Part shown: one piece after another, positions 47,157 to 62,100 of the stretch
Layout: every line of letters starts with the position of its first letter
Numbering within the stretch: position 1 is the first letter of the stretch
NCBI GenBank assembly: GCA_001643675.2
Contig: LSRY02000028.1
Coordinates: 310,001-374,000 of the forward strand
Length of the DNA: 64,000 bases
From: Monocercomonoides exilis PA203
Taxonomy: Eukaryota > Protista > Preaxostyla
Direction of reading: 5' to 3'
The notes under the pieces: model-generated
Database searches by the model: none
Told to the model about the DNA's origin: nothing
The model's input: only the letters and a program-made list of their open reading frames with translations
Position numbers and translations under genes: made by a program

Positions 47157-50100
47157 TTAATCTGACCAAGGAATTTCGTTAACAGAACGAAGTATTAACT
47201 CAGCAAAGTCCATATTCGCTTCAATTAAACAAGCTCCGCTACCATCACTTCCATTAGGCAAGGTTGAAGCAAATCGAGGATTAGATTTGGCCAATGGTGA
47301 AAAAGTGCTTCCTTCAGGTTGAAGAAGCGAGCCTCCAACAAGCAAAGGCGAAAGTGAAAATGCCTTGTTCAGAGCCACAGTCTTTGCAGCTGGGCGTAGA
47401 AGTGTGCTTAAGGCAGGGCAGATTCTATCAATGGTGAGATTAGGGCTAGGAATGAATGAAGGAGAAGGAGAAAGAGACGAAGAGGAAGAAGCTGGAGAAG
47501 AAGCAGACGACAGAGATTCTGTTGAGGAAGGAGGTGGGGTCTGCTGAGGAGACGAGTAGTGTGACAAGGAAGACTTCAAAGGAGCAGGGCGAGGCGGGTG
47601 CGGTGGCAGAATCGGTGGCTGTGTTTCGTTGAGAGGAATTGTGGTGTTGAAGATGATGTCGTCTTCGAGCCTGATCTTCTCCAACGCCTCTAGACATTGT
47701 TTCTTCTCCTCTGGCTGCTCAGGGGAGGAAGACACAGCCATTGCTGCTGCACCTCCACGAGGATCTTTGTTTCTGTTGCTGATGGCAGAGAGGGCAGACA
47801 ACAGGAAGCGCTGGATGCAGCGATAAGCGCCTGCACGCGCATGGAGAGGGATTGGAGGCAGCGGAATGGGAGAAGACAGAGAAGAAGATGAAAGAGGAAG
47901 AGAAGAAGATGGTGATAGCTGTGATGAAGAGGTCGATGCGAAATATGTGGAAAGTGATGAGGATGTTGCAGACTGAGAAGCAACTTTTGATGTGTCGTTC
48001 TTTTTCGTTGCAAGCAATTCTGTGAGTGAAAGCTCTCCTTCTTTTCCTTTCCCTTCTCCTTCCTCCTCTTCCTCTTCTTCCTCAAACACTCCTTCAACAG
48101 TCGAAAGACGAAGGAGAAGATGGAATGCCCACAGACACATTGCAAAGCGGGGCTGGAATGGAGATTCTGTTTGAGTGAGTCGAGGTGTGCGAGGCTTTTG
48201 TGGAGAAGATGATGGATTTGCTGATGAGTCAAGCGGCATCGGCACATCAACACTGCTCAACGTCTGCATTCCGTCGATTGAAGTGGCGGACGATGAAGAA
48301 AGAGGCGAATCGTCTTCGTCTCCGTCCTTCTCGCCCCATCCGCACACAGTCCACCATCCGTTTGGATGCTTCATCACCCACAGCTTGTGCTGGCTGAGGA
48401 TATCCTCCACAATCACATGCAGAGACTGAAGAAGGATTGACGGAATCACCCTCAGCCCAACATGCAGCGTGGACGAGGCGTCTGTGATGGAATAAACAAG
48501 CTGTTGAAGAGCAATGCCACAAGAAGGTGATGAAGCAGGAGAAGAAGGTGAAGCTGCTGCTGCTCCTTTGTCTGCTGTGGGAGGAGCAACTTTTGGATCT
48601 TCGAGCACAAAGCGCCTGTGCCATTCTGAGTTCATCAGTGCTGCAATTGCAGCTGGGAGACGAGAATCCAACGGGAAGCGTGCAGAATACACAGACTGAG
48701 ACTGAGCAAGAGTATTCTGCACAACCACTGAAGTGTTGAGGGCTAACACACTTGTGAAAGGAGGAGGCAAAAAGATGAATTTGTCGAGTGGCGAATATTC
48801 TCCTTCTTTTGCATTGCCTTCCTCTGCAAGCTTTCCACTGACTGGCCTTCCACCTTCCTTTGCTTTTGTTCCTTTTCCTTCTTTTCCAGTTTCCTTTGCG
48901 TCTTTTGCTGTCTTCTTTGTTCCTTTGAGAGGACTCTGCGGGCGGTTCTGTCTCGAAGAAGGACGAGAAGGCGTTTTCTTTGTGTCGCTCATCTTGTTCT
49001 CAGTCGACGATGTTGTTGCATTCAAAGTCGAATCCAACGCCACAGAATTCGATCTCTTCGTTCTCTGCGCTTTCTCTCTCTCGTTTTCTGTGCGCTGATC
49101 ATCGAACTGAGCTGTGCCGTCAACCATCTTCCCCATCATCCATTCCATCTCTTCCACCCAAACAACACATCTGTTGGCATACTGCGGCGAGTACTGACAC
49201 AAAAGTCGGTGCAGCGCAGAAAGCTTGTGCGAGTTAGATGCTGATGACATGTCAGCTGAAGAAGAGGTTGAGATCCAATAGGAGGATGAAGGGGAAACAC
49301 CAGACGATGAAGAAACAGATGAAATGGACGAAAGAGACTCGCCGGCAAACGGAGCGACGATTGAAGATGATTCAGACAGCAGCTTGTTGAAGAGAATGCC
49401 AATGTGCGTCAGTGGAATCTGGACAGAAGAGTATTTCCCGTCTGGCAAGTCGGACATTCCACTCTCAGTCGTATCGTCTTCTTTGGCTTTCGATCCTTTC
49501 TTCTCTTCTTTCTCTTTCTTTCCTTCTTTCTTTTCTTTTCCGCCTGCTTCTCCTGCTTTCTTCTGAGCAGTGGCTTCATTTGCGTTTTTGAGAGAGTCAG
49601 CAGAAGCAGCATTTGCATCAGCATCTTCTGCTTCGACAGGAAGAAGTGAGAACGATTTGTTCTGCATTGCAAGCAGATCTGCTCGGATAGAGACAGGAAT
49701 TGATGACAATGGAAGAGAAGAGCTGGAAGAGTCCTGCAATGAAGCAGACGAAGGCGCAGATGCAGATGCAGAAGCAGAAGCAGAAGCAGATGAAGATGCC
49801 GATGAAAGAACAGATGAAAGAGTTCTCAGATTCTGCTGGGCATAAGTTATTCGTTCAAGGAGGCACAAAGCAGCATGACACAGACGTAGTTGGTGGATTC
49901 TTGCTGGATCAGCAGGAGAATATTGCGATGGCAGTGCAACAGTTGAAGAAAGCTCAGAAGAAAGCTTCGAAGTGGTTGTGACAGTCGTCTTAACAATCTT
50001 TGTGACTGTCGAATTGCTCGATGGATCAAACGTGGTTGTCTTCTTCATCTCGCTCTTTGAACTGCCCTTTGGCTTCCCTTCATTCAACGCCTTTCTCCTT

Positions 50101-53100
50101 TCTCTGCTTCTCTCTGCCTCCTTCTGCTTCCATCCAGGCGCCACAATACCCAGCAGCAGCACAATCTCACTCACTATTGCCCTTAACAGCGACAGATCAT
50201 GGAAGCTTCCACACCCGCCACTGGCTGCCCAGCAAGCCCTCGATAAGAAAGAGCCTGCCCACACAACAAGAGTGCGAAACACCTCGGCTGAAATGATGGG
50301 CTTTCTTTTGGGTGTTTGCGCGCCCTTTGGAGTGGGTGTGATGACAGAAGACGCAGCCAGTTCTTCTGCTGTCTTTTGAGGAGATTCAGGCGGAGGCAGC
50401 GATGAGACACCAACAGGCGATGTTTCAGGCACAAACAGAGAAAGAGGTGATGCGCTCAGAGGAGAACGCATCACAGCAGAGAAAGGTGGGCTGGAGCGAG
50501 CAATAGGTGGCTGAGATGGTTCATTAATTTGGCTCAAATCAGAAGTCAATGTACTCACATCGCTAACTGAATTAGAAAGGGGATCTTTCTTTTCTTCTGA
50601 AGAATCTGAACTGTCTTCTCCTGTTTTCTGTTTCTTCTGTTCTTTCTCTTCCACCCAAAGGCAGCCAACACCTCCCCATTCAGGAAACACTACAGAGTCA
50701 AGCGGAAGCAGTGCACGCACAATCAGTCTGCCACAAAGAAGCATCGTCTGAGCAAAAGTGTGTGGAGATGGAACATGTGATAAGAAGACTGTTGAGGAGA
50801 GGTTGAGAAGGGAGACAAGAGACGGTGCTGTGCTGCCAATAAGACTGCGCATTGGGACATACAGTGAAGAAGAAGAAGTAGATGAAGAAGAAGAAACAGG
50901 AGAAATTGCAGTAGATGAAGAAGAGGAAGATGCAGATGATGAAGGTGCTGCTGTTGTTTGTGATGTGACATCAGCACGACGAGTGGGGTATTGAGGAGCA
51001 GCAGGAAGTGTTGGTGAGATGTTGAGTGATTCAGAAGGAAGAGTGGATGAAGAAAGGAACGAGGCTCTAAGCATTGACGGGATGAAAGGTGTATACAGAT
51101 TAACTCTTGGTACAAGAAGCGGAGAAAGAGAAGGTGTCAGCGAAAGAGAAAGTGAAGGCTGATGATGGGCGTCTGAAATGATTGAGGAGAAAGTAGACAT
51201 TGATGATGTGGAAGACGATGATGAAGATGAAGCGGAAGCTGAAGAAGAAGAAGGAAGAAGAGGCATCATTCTAACTGACATGGCTTGTAATGTATCCAGA
51301 ATCAGCTTGTTCCTTTCATTAAATACAATCTCTGGAACAGATAAAGGAGAAACAGAAGAAGAACTTGTACTGCCACTTGCAGCAGAAGAAGAAGAGGAAG
51401 ATGCAGAAGCAAGAGAAGTGATTGGGTCAAAGCCAGTTGGAGAAGGAAGTGATGTGTATGAAGGATTCACGGGTGGAGTTGGAAGTCCGTGAAGAAGAGA
51501 TAGAGAGCAGAAGAGTGTGGATGCCATGGAAGCAATACGATGAGACAGCAGAAGCAAAGATGGCTGTGAAGAAAACGAAAGAGTGGATGAAAACGATGAA
51601 TCTCCGCCTGCTGCAAAGAGAGTGGACAAGAGCTGGCTCATTGACTTCTTCAGCTCGGAGAATTGTGGAGTGTCTGTGATTGCAGGTGCATCTGAAGACG
51701 GTACAAGAGTGGTGACACACTCAGGTACACCGCCCCACAAATGCTCTGCTGCAAACAAAAGGAGCGCTGCCTTTGACGAATCAGAAAGCGGAGGATGCGC
51801 TTGCGAGCGTGCCAGTTTGATGGCGAGTGTGAGCGGACGAAGAGAAGAGGCAAAGGCCTGCACAGCAAGGACATCTGGGGAGACTGCAGAAGCTGGGACA
51901 GTTGTGCCGTTCGAAGACACAACTGTTGTTGGAACAAGCGACCGCAGAATTCGTGTCTGTGCAGTGAGAGAGAGAACTTTCCATCGAGTGTCGTTGGCTT
52001 GCCGGGCGAGAGTAAACAGATCAGTCGACGAGGCAAGCGCTTCGCTCCAGCGCAAGGAGAAGATGTGGGTGTGGAGGATGTTTGCATTGAAGAGAGCAGC
52101 GTAGTGTGACGAAGTGCGGAATGTGGTGAAAGCATTGGCACACAAATAGGGTGATGAACCATAAGACGATGAAAATGAGGAGATGTACAGCGACAGAATG
52201 AGTGAAGGAATTGACGACTGCAAAGCCTGGCTTGAAGATTCTGTTGAAGAATGCAAAAGATGAGGATAGCACGCGCCAAGCTCAGCAAGAAGCATATCCA
52301 TCTCTTCGCTTTCTTCCTTCAAAAGTGCGTTTTCTACAGAATTTTGCATTACCTTGTTCCTCTTTTGCAGCTGCGTTGATCCAACATTAGAACTTTCTCC
52401 TTCGCCAGCCATCAATTGCATTTCTCTTCTGGTGTCCATCGTTCTTCCTCTCGCCATCATCTGCTCGCTCGCTCCTGTTCTTCTTGCTCTGCCCCTTGCC
52501 TTTACCAGCTGTCTTGCCAGCTTCCGTGCGACAATCACAGAAGCCCCTTCCTGCTGTGTCCCAATCATATCCAGTGCTGTACGAGAGATATCAACCACAT
52601 CTTGTATGCAGCCGTCCAATGCAGACACCCAGCAGCAGAGTTGGAGAGTTTCCAAGGCGAGTAGAAGAGTGTCGGTGTACAATGGTTGGACTGAGAACAC
52701 ATCTGGATACGATTGGTGGCCAGATGGTAAAGTAGAAGTAGAAGTAGAAGTAGAAGAAGAGGCTGATTGACTGCTTTGAGTGTGTGCATCTCCTTCTGAA
52801 GGAATCATACGAAGTGGCTGTGGAACTCTCTTTTTGGTGAATGGATCGACATGTGCAGGCGGAAGAGTGGACAATGAAAGCTCATCCACAAAGAGAGAAA
52901 TGATTGATAAAAGAAGTTGCGCAATCGGCAGAGAGGAAGAAGAAGAAGGCTGATCAGAACTGGTTGCATGGAGCATCTGTGTGAGTGTACTAACAGGATT
53001 GGAGGCAACAGAAAGTGCTAATGGAAGCAAAGGACGATTGATTGAAAGCGATGGGAATTGTGAATTTCCAATTGAAGATGAACCATTAGCACCCTGTTCA

Positions 53101-56100
53101 GCTGATAAAACATCCAACATTTGCTGATAAGATGATGAAGAAAGCAGTGAGTTGATACCATTTTTGGTAAGAACAGATTTTGATGTTGCAACAAATGGAG
53201 TGATTTCGTCTTCTGTAACATTTTCATGTTTGAATGTTGAAACTGCACCTTGTGCGGCTGGCTCATTAGATTCTTCCATTCCATAATAAGTTGAATAAAA
53301 TGGCTTGCGTGTACCATCATATGGATTGGCCGATGCATTGCCAGAAGAAGAAGAAGAGACAGAAGGAACTGCTTTTGACGAAGCAGAAGGTGGTCTTGCA
53401 GCACGTTTTGTTGCAGAACCCGGCTTCTTTGTTTGCTTCTTTGCAGAAGTTGGTTTTATTGGTGTGTGTACTTTCTCTGTTGATTGCAGAACTGGAGAAG
53501 TTGTTTCAGAAAGGCTCGACTGAGATGCGAAAAGTGGAGGCGGTCTCTTTGGAAGAGGTGGAATGTGTGTGAAAGATACGATTTCTTGTGTAGAATGGGA
53601 AGACGCTGAATCTCCGGTTTCATTCAATTGGCTGTCTGTTGATGTTTGATCGAGCAAATCAGCACCAGCAACCAGAGTGGAACTGTTGCTTTCCTCTGCT
53701 TCTGCCAGTTGCGCCTGGCATTGCTGCAGAAGAGCCAATTGAGAAGCCACCACAACAGGATTCATCACAGACATCGGACACGCAGATGCCTGCGATTGTC
53801 TCTGCTTTTCGTCATTTTCAGCTCCAGCTTCATTTCCTCCTCCAATTGAGTCACCATCACCTTCACGGTCTGATGTTCCTGTTTTGACTCCATACATTGT
53901 GAGGTGTGCATTGATCCCAGCAACCAGCGCTCTTGTGTCCATCTGCCCTTCTTTGTTCCCTTCAAGCAGTGCTGGTGTAGATCCCACAGTGAGTGGGGAC
54001 ATCAGAGAATTGAATGCCATTCCTGAGACAAGAGGAGGCACAAACGAGGAGGAAGAAGAAGACAATGAAGAGGATGAATCGCGTGCAGTTGTTCTGGTTG
54101 GCGTATTTGCAACGTCCTTTGAAGAGAAATATGTTCGAGAGTGAGTTGCCTGTTGGGTGTATGTGTAGATGAAGAGAAGGAACTGCACACGCGCCTGCAG
54201 CAGCAGAATCAGCATTTGTGAAGGCAAAATTGAGAGAAGAGGATTTGGTGAACAAGTGTTATTATCTCCTTCAGCACTTTCATTGCTTGATGCAAATGAA
54301 GAACTTGATTGATGAGAAGGAATAGAAAGATTGCACAGGAATGCCAGCGCTTTTCTGTTCTGTGCAGAATCTGCAGGCTCGTCGCAACAAAAGATTGGGA
54401 ATGGAGCATCATCGGGCAAAGTGTACAACACTCCTTTCCCTTCTTTGTTTGTACTTGACTCATCAGCTTCTGCTTTTTCCTTTTCGCCCTTCTTTTCTTT
54501 TCCTCCTTTTCCTTCTTTCTTCTTTTCCGCACCTTCTTCTTTCTTCGCCTTTGTTCCTTTTGCACCTGTCAGAGAAGCAGAGCCAGGTCTGCTGTCTGAA
54601 CCAGTCTTTCCTTCGTCTCTCTCATCTGATCCGGATTTATTGTCCTCTTTCCTCGATCTTCCTCTTTTCATTTTATCTGTCTCAAACAGTTTCTCTCTAT
54701 ACATTGCCCTCTTCAGTGCTGCGTCTTCCATCACTTCCCACTCGCTGAGTGTTGTGGCAGCTCCTGTATTGAACAAACACACCAAATAGACAAACGCCTC
54801 GCTCACAAAGCCAGCGTCGAGGCAAGCCAGCGCAGAATGGTAGGTGGACAGGAAAACGTGGTGTGCAGAATTAGCACAGTTGATCGCAATGTGCCGATAT
54901 AAGGCAAGAAGTGGTAGAGACTGCAGCGCGAAACCAGTGCGGCGCAGATGGATGCAGAAGAGTTCGAGTGAGGCACAAAGAGAAGCAGGGTCAGCAATGT
55001 GGGGATCTGCAAACAGATTTGAGAATGGAGAAGCAGAAGTTGGAGGAGGTGTCATGAAGAGAGTGAGTGAAGGCGATGTGGATGGAGATGTTGCAGAAGA
55101 AAGAGAAGAAGACGGGATGGCAGAAGCACCCGAAACAGCCAGTGGAGATAAGAGAGATGTGATGTTAATGCCAGCATAATCCATAAATCGGAAGGGAGGA
55201 GGAAGCTGCGGGAAATGCGCCAGAATCTCACAGCAGATTCCAGCGGCTGCAAGGGCTGCTTCAGAAAGACGATCAGCGTCGTCAGGGAAAGAGAATGTGG
55301 CAAGATTGTGGAGCAGCACAAGCGCAAGAAGCAAGTTCGGAAGAGGCTGCAGAGCAGAAGGAGAGTTGAGGTTGGAAGAGGATGAAGGTGCAGTTGAAGT
55401 GAGTGAAGATGTGAAAGTCTTTCTTGTCTTCTCATACAAAACAAGCGCATCTGAATTGTCTGTAAATGAAGGAAGGAATTCTACAGGTGTTGGCAGTGGG
55501 CAAAGTGAAGAGGTGTCCACAATAAATTCCTTGTTGCGGCCAGTTGCTGAAAATACAGGCGATTTTCCGCCTTTGCCTCTAATTGAACCAATTCCGCTCC
55601 ACCAACCAAACACTTTGCGCCAGCCAGGAGAATCGCTTGCTTCGTTAACATCAGAGGAAGAAGGTGACGATGATGAAGGTGAAGGTATAGAAGTGGCCAT
55701 GAGGAACTGCGGGCTCATGAACAGCGTGTCCAAAGCATCGCTCATCTCTTTTGTGGCTTCTCTTCTCATCTTTTCTGCAAACAGGTCTTCTGGATCGAAT
55801 GCAGACAGCAGCAGAAATAGCTCTGTTTCTGATCGTTTTGCGAGCGACGGGAAAGGAGAATTCTCTGCCGGCTGGTGCTTCTTCACAAGAGAAATGGCTC
55901 TTTCGCGTTCTGAGTCCAAATACGCATCGTCAAACTCATCGTCATCGACATTCAGCGCATTTGCCTTCTGCCTTTTTGCCCTTTTCTCACGAGCAGTCTT
56001 CAACAGCACCGCAATTTGCTCTTCTTCGTCTTCTTCACCCACCAGCCTCAGCAAAGGCAGTGATTGCAGAGTTCTCACAGCAGTGAATGACACTATGCGG

Positions 56101-59100
56101 ATGGCCGCCAGCTCTCTCAGCGCAACAGCAACCATGAACGAGGAGTGCTGAGAACGCAATGAAGAAAGAAGAGCAGAGTAGCGAGTTATCAGCGGGGTTG
56201 GGCGAAGAAGGCGGTAAAATGGAGGTTGATAAGGAGTTGTTGAATAAGCATTTGTTGAAGAAACAGATGTAGTTGATGTTGTGAGAGCACTTGATTTGAC
56301 CATCGACTGCCTGAACATGTAGTCAATCGGGAGCAGCTTCAGTTTTTGGCTGCCTTCTGGTTGTAGAGTGATAGGAGATGCTGCCCTTACAACCATCGAC
56401 TGGGTAGGTGGGGTTGATCGATAGCTGCTTTCGACGAGTGCTGTTGGCAACACCGCTCTCTCAAAGAGTGTCTCCAGAACTTTCACAAAGTCAAATCCAG
56501 TGCACGACGAAATAGCTGTTGAGCTTCCATCAGCATTGGCATCTTCGTCAAGCACAGTATTCATTGAACTGGCCGTTGCACTTGCCTGCAGACTCTTTCG
56601 TGTGGATGATTTCGGTCTGGCAGATGCCTTTCTTGTCTTTTTAGAAGGAGATTGCGAACGAGATGTTCTGCCTTTTTCTGGAGACGAAGGACGAGATCGA
56701 CTCTGCGATGCTCCAGAATAATTGGCTGAACTGGTGACTTCGCCCAATTCACCTCCTTCACCCATTGTTCGCTCCAAGTCCTGCTCAGCTCCTCCCGTTT
56801 CTTCCTTCTTCTTTCTTGCCTTTTCTTGCTCTCCTTTCAGCACTTGCTGATAGCACCACTCCATCCACATGCGCGATGCAGTTTGCATTTCGTTCTCTGC
56901 CACCGCCATCGAAGCAACAAACATCGACCCGTCTTCACGGCAGAGGTTGTGCTCCTTTTCAATCTTTGGCACAGACATTTGCGAATAGACAGTTGCAAAT
57001 GGTGTGGAAGAAGAAGAAGCTGATGTTGATGTTGTTTGAAGAGACTCATAAAATGAAGCAGATGTCTCGCTTGTTAGCTCAGATGAGATTGGCACATTGG
57101 GAACTTCACTTGCCTCAGGCCATTTGTCCTTCTCGCTCCACCTTATTCTCTCTGCAAAGCGAATCGTCTTCTGCCTCTTCAGTTCAATGGCCACACGCGC
57201 ATCTTCCCGTTCTTTCTGTCTTCTCTTCTGATTCTCCTCAATTTCTTTCTTCATCCGCTCTTCGTCTGCCAGAAGAGACTCCACTTCGCTTTGGATGTCG
57301 TCTTCTTTGCCGCTTTCTTCCGCATTCTCAGCTGCTTCTTTGGCCTTCTTTGTCTTTGCGGTTTTCTCTTTTGTCTTCTCTTTTGAAGACTGAGGACGCG
57401 ATCTCGATTTCTTCTTCTTTTCTGATGGAGTTGATGGCTGCGTTGTTGAAGGAGGTTGTTCGCTTTGCTGTTTTCCTGCTTTTCTCTTTTCCAGAAGCTG
57501 GCTGAAAAGAGGAGGAAGCGGAGGTAGCGATGGATAAGAGTATTGAAGAAGAGAAGCATTAATCAGATTGCCTCCAGTTGGAAGAGATGGCTTGAGATGA
57601 GTGGATAGTGGAATTGAAACTGTGTTTTCTGAAGGCAAGTAAAATGTGGTGAAAGCTGAGAAAGGAGAAGAAGCTGAAAGTGAAGAGCCAGCTTCTGTAA
57701 ACCAATAACAGTTTGAAACCTGTGAAGAATGAACGAGCGAAGGCGGTGCGATAATTGGATTAGAAGGCTGCGTGGCAAATGAAATGGCAGTTGAGGCTGA
57801 TGATGAGATAGCTGAAGGCGTTGTTGATTGAAGTGCATGCGAAGCAGAAGATGCAGAAACACCAGAAACTGACTGCATTGAGGACGATGATGACGCATAC
57901 GGCTTCATTGCAATTTCATCGGCTGAAGATGCTACAGCATCGAATGTGTTGTAGCTGCTTTCCACAAACGGATTGGGGGTTTGGGCAGCACCATCAGCCA
58001 AAAAGCGCGACAATGAGAAAGACGGAGGAAGAACGCGCATTTGCTCCATCCGTGTCAGATCACTCAGCCACGGCATGTGCAGCAAGATCAGAGGAGATGG
58101 GAGCAAAGGCGGTGCTGACTTGTGCATGGAATGCGATGATTGAGAAGAGTTGTTGGCTCCTCCTTGAGCGCCTGTGAGTGTCTGAGCGAAGAGCAATAGC
58201 TCGTTTTTGAGGCCAGATTCGGTGAATGATCCGCCCAGCAGTGAAAGCTTGATGATTGTCCGGATAATGTCAGCTGTTCCTGCGTGGAGCGAAGACAGCA
58301 AAGAGGGTGGAGAATACAGCTGATGGAAGAATAGAATGTCCAGAAGAGACGCAGAAGAGAATGGAGAAAGAGTGAACAGATCATCCTGTTTGAATGGAGG
58401 GAACGGTGTGTGCCATTCTTGATTGCTTTGGTCTTCAGAACTTGGTGTTGGATTCTGCATTGCATTAGTATTCGACTGGTTTGAAGATGAGCTATTTGGT
58501 GTTTTTTGCCATCTTTCAGTCCTTCTGTGATGAGAAAACGATGTGAATTTTCTCGTTTTTCTTTCAGAAACAGGGTTAGATGCAAAATCAGATGCAAAGA
58601 TAGTGAAGAAAGCTCCGAGTGTCGTGTTGTTAAGGAAAGAATACAAACGAAGCAAAAGAGAAGAATCCGAATTAAAAGAGCACGAAGCTCCTGGAAGTGT
58701 ATTCAATGGGTTGTGGAACGACAAAAACAGCAGCTGTGAAGGTGTGGGAGATGCGTCTGCAGCGTTTGACACAGCTGATCTTTGGTCATCACTTGCTGTG
58801 CTGAAATAAGACTGCATTGAATTGGATGATGGGGTGAACGGATTCGAGTGAGAAGGTGATGGTAGCTTTTCAATTCCTAATTGGAGCGTTGAGTCTCTCA
58901 AATATTCTGGTATTTCACTTTTAGCCTTTCGCTCTTTGGCTCTTCTTTCTCGCTCTTCCTCGTCTTCTTTCAGCTTCCTTTCTAATTCAATGCTCATCCT
59001 TTTTTCTTCCTGTTTGGCTTTTCTTTCATTCATTCTTCTTTGTCTCTCGGCCTCTCTCTTCACATTCAAAAGATGCAAACGAATATACGAGAACGACAGT

Positions 59101-62100
59101 GCAAGCGAAAGAATAGCAGACAGAAGTGTGCAAAGTGTGCGAGACAAGATCTGAGTCAAAGAACGAGTGATGAAGAACCTGAAGCAAAGGGAGGCGTTCA
59201 ACGACGGCAAAGACTGGAATATCAAAGTTGAGAATGCACTTGAAGAGCTGCTGGATGCAGAGGAAGGATACGACGAGAACAGCAAAGGCATCATTCCACT
59301 TCCCATCTGCTGATATGGCATTCCATAAGCATCTGCACCTCCGCTCTGCTGTTTCTTCATTCTTTCCTCTTCCTCTTTTCGCTTCTGCATCTCAAACACT
59401 TCATTCAGCCATTTCATCTTCCTCATCTCCGCCCACATTTCGCTTCCCATTCCGCTTCCCATCACACCTTCCAGAACAGAACTCATCCGCTCCGCCATAA
59501 CTCTCCAGCACTCTACCACCAAAGAGAAGTGCGATGCTCGTGAGGCAAGTGTTGCACCACGGCAGCAGTGCGACACAAATGACAGAAGTGCTTCAGCAAT
59601 TGCACGGCGAAGAGGCGGAAGCGAGAATGAAGATGAAAATGAGCAAGAGGATGATGCGGGCTTAATATACGATGAGACAGGTGGAAGAAGCGATGATGGA
59701 AGCGCAGAAGATGATTGCTCTTGAGAACTTGCTGTTGCATTTGTTGATAGACTGACTGAAGAGCTGGCAGAAGTTGGACGTTCTTTGCCCTTCTTCTCCA
59801 AAGGTGCACGTTGCTTCTTCTCTTTTTCTCCTTCTCCTTTTTTCGATCCTGTAGCTTTCTCCTTCTCATCTCCTTTTTGTGTCATTTTGTTCCACTCGCT
59901 CAGAATTCTGTCTCGTTCTTCTTCTCGTTCTGTTTGTGTTCGCTCTTGTTCTTCTGGGTCAAATCCAACAAACACTGCTTCATTCACAATTGATGATAAC
60001 GTTGGCACATCGCGCTTATCCAACGTAACTTCTTCTTTTGAAGCCTCCTTTTCTTTGTCGTCTTTGCTTGCTTTCTCACCTCCAGCTTCTGATTTCTTTT
60101 TCTTTTCTGTCTTTTTGCTTCCTTTCCCTTCTTTTCCTTCTTTTTCAGCTCCACTTTCTTCTCCTGCTTTAACTGCTGTCGTCTTCAGTGCTGGACATAT
60201 CATCGCAAAGAACCCAAAGTAGTGTGCAGGAGACGAATACATTTCATCAACGCATCCATTTGAAGAGCATCTCAATAGATAGGCACAATTTGGTGGGAGT
60301 AACGAAGGCAAATCTGCATTGGATTTTGACTGAGCATCAGAATTGTCTGATGCATCACCATCGTCTGCGATTCCATCACCTCCGTACAAAAGCCTTCCTC
60401 TCTTCTCTTTCCCCATTCCGTTAGCCATCTCAGCAGCTTCTACGCTTCCGGCAACTCTTGCAAACACCGAAAACAGAAGGTTGATCATCATTTCTGAGAC
60501 AGGAACGACAAACGATGGATCAAACAATGCAAAAGCTCTGAGTGACGAGGGAGAAGAAAGGAAAGGAGGCAACGTGAATGCTGCAGATGAAGAAGAAATT
60601 GGATAAGGTGAAAGAGAAATGGAAAGAAGAGGAGAAATAGCTGAGGAAATGTCAGAAATTGAGACTGAACTTGACCCTGTCTGTGATGCGTCTGATGAAT
60701 GATTGATGAGCGAGAACAGTTGACTCAGTGAAGAATTCATTATTATTCCTGTTGGCTCCGTTTTTTGATTCCACAAACTCAATTTCTCTTTTCCTGTGTT
60801 TTCTCCGTTTTCTTCACTTGCTTCGCTGCTGCTTTCTTTGTCTCCTTCTCCTTCCTCTCCATTGCTTCTTGCGCTGTCGCTCCTCTTTCCGCTTCTCAAG
60901 CAGATCTCCTCACCTTTCTTTCCTTCTCCGCTTCCCAATCCATTGCTTTCAGCAATCATCATTTCCTCTGCTCTCTTCCACTCACACAGCCCTGCCACCA
61001 TCTCAAACTGCGCCTGAAACGCTGATGATTCTCTCACACTCACACGCCACTTCTTCACCTCCGCCGAACGAATGCGGCACATCTTCCAAAAAGCAAAGAT
61101 GGTTCCAGCTGCACACAGCTTGTTGTTCTCCTCCCTCTTGTGCTCAATCAGTGCAGTCCGCTGCTTCTCTCTCTGCGCCTGTATTTGACGCTCCTCTTCT
61201 GCATCAATAGAAGTCGGTGTTCGTGTTGTTGATGACGGCATATCGTCTGTCTTTGCTGTATCTCCATCACTTTTAGCTTCTGCGTTTTCTTTTGTTTCTT
61301 CGGGTTGCTCTGCAGCTTTTCCTTTGTCAGCCTTCTTCTTTTCCTTGGGTGTTGCTGATCTTTTTGCTTTCGCTTTTGTCTTCGCCTTTGCCTCTGCAGG
61401 CTTCTCTTCTTCAGCTGCGGCTTTTTCCTTTTCTTCACTCTCAGCCTTCTGTTGAGTGTCGTCCAAAGGAATCTTTCCACTTCTTCTGTCTCGCAGTTCC
61501 TTTGCCTTCCGATCTCTTTCGTTCATCTCTTCATCCACCTCCTTTTCAATGTCTCTGAACCAGTTGTATTCAGTCTCATATTCGCTGTTGAAGATGTCAA
61601 GAACTGCTTGCTTTCCTCCTCTTGGCACATAAACACGCGGTGGGCACATGTAATGATAAGCCGAAAATGGAGATAGCTCAACTGGAGATGTGGGATCTAA
61701 CGTAATGGAAGAAGATGATGATGACGAAGAGGAGGATGAAGCTGAAGCTGAAGCTGAAGTTGAAGCTGAAGTTGAAGCTGATGCTGATGAATCTGAGGCA
61801 GACGATCCAATCTGCAGCCAATATGAAGGAAATGTTGCATTGAGAACGACAGGAGAAATAGGAGTTGCAGCTGATCCGATTGTGAGCGTCTTAATCATCG
61901 ACAGCACAGTCTGGTAGTTCTGCGGCTTCTGCTTCAGCATCTCTTCACAAATGAGAAGTGCAAGGCGCAAAAGGGATGCTGGCCACAGCAATGAGCTGTT
62001 GAATGCTAAAGCAGAAGAAAGAAGACTCAAAGGCGATCGCGTTGGCCGAATGTGTCCGTTCGCTTCTGCTGATTTTGCTGCTTCGGATGCTTCTTCTTCG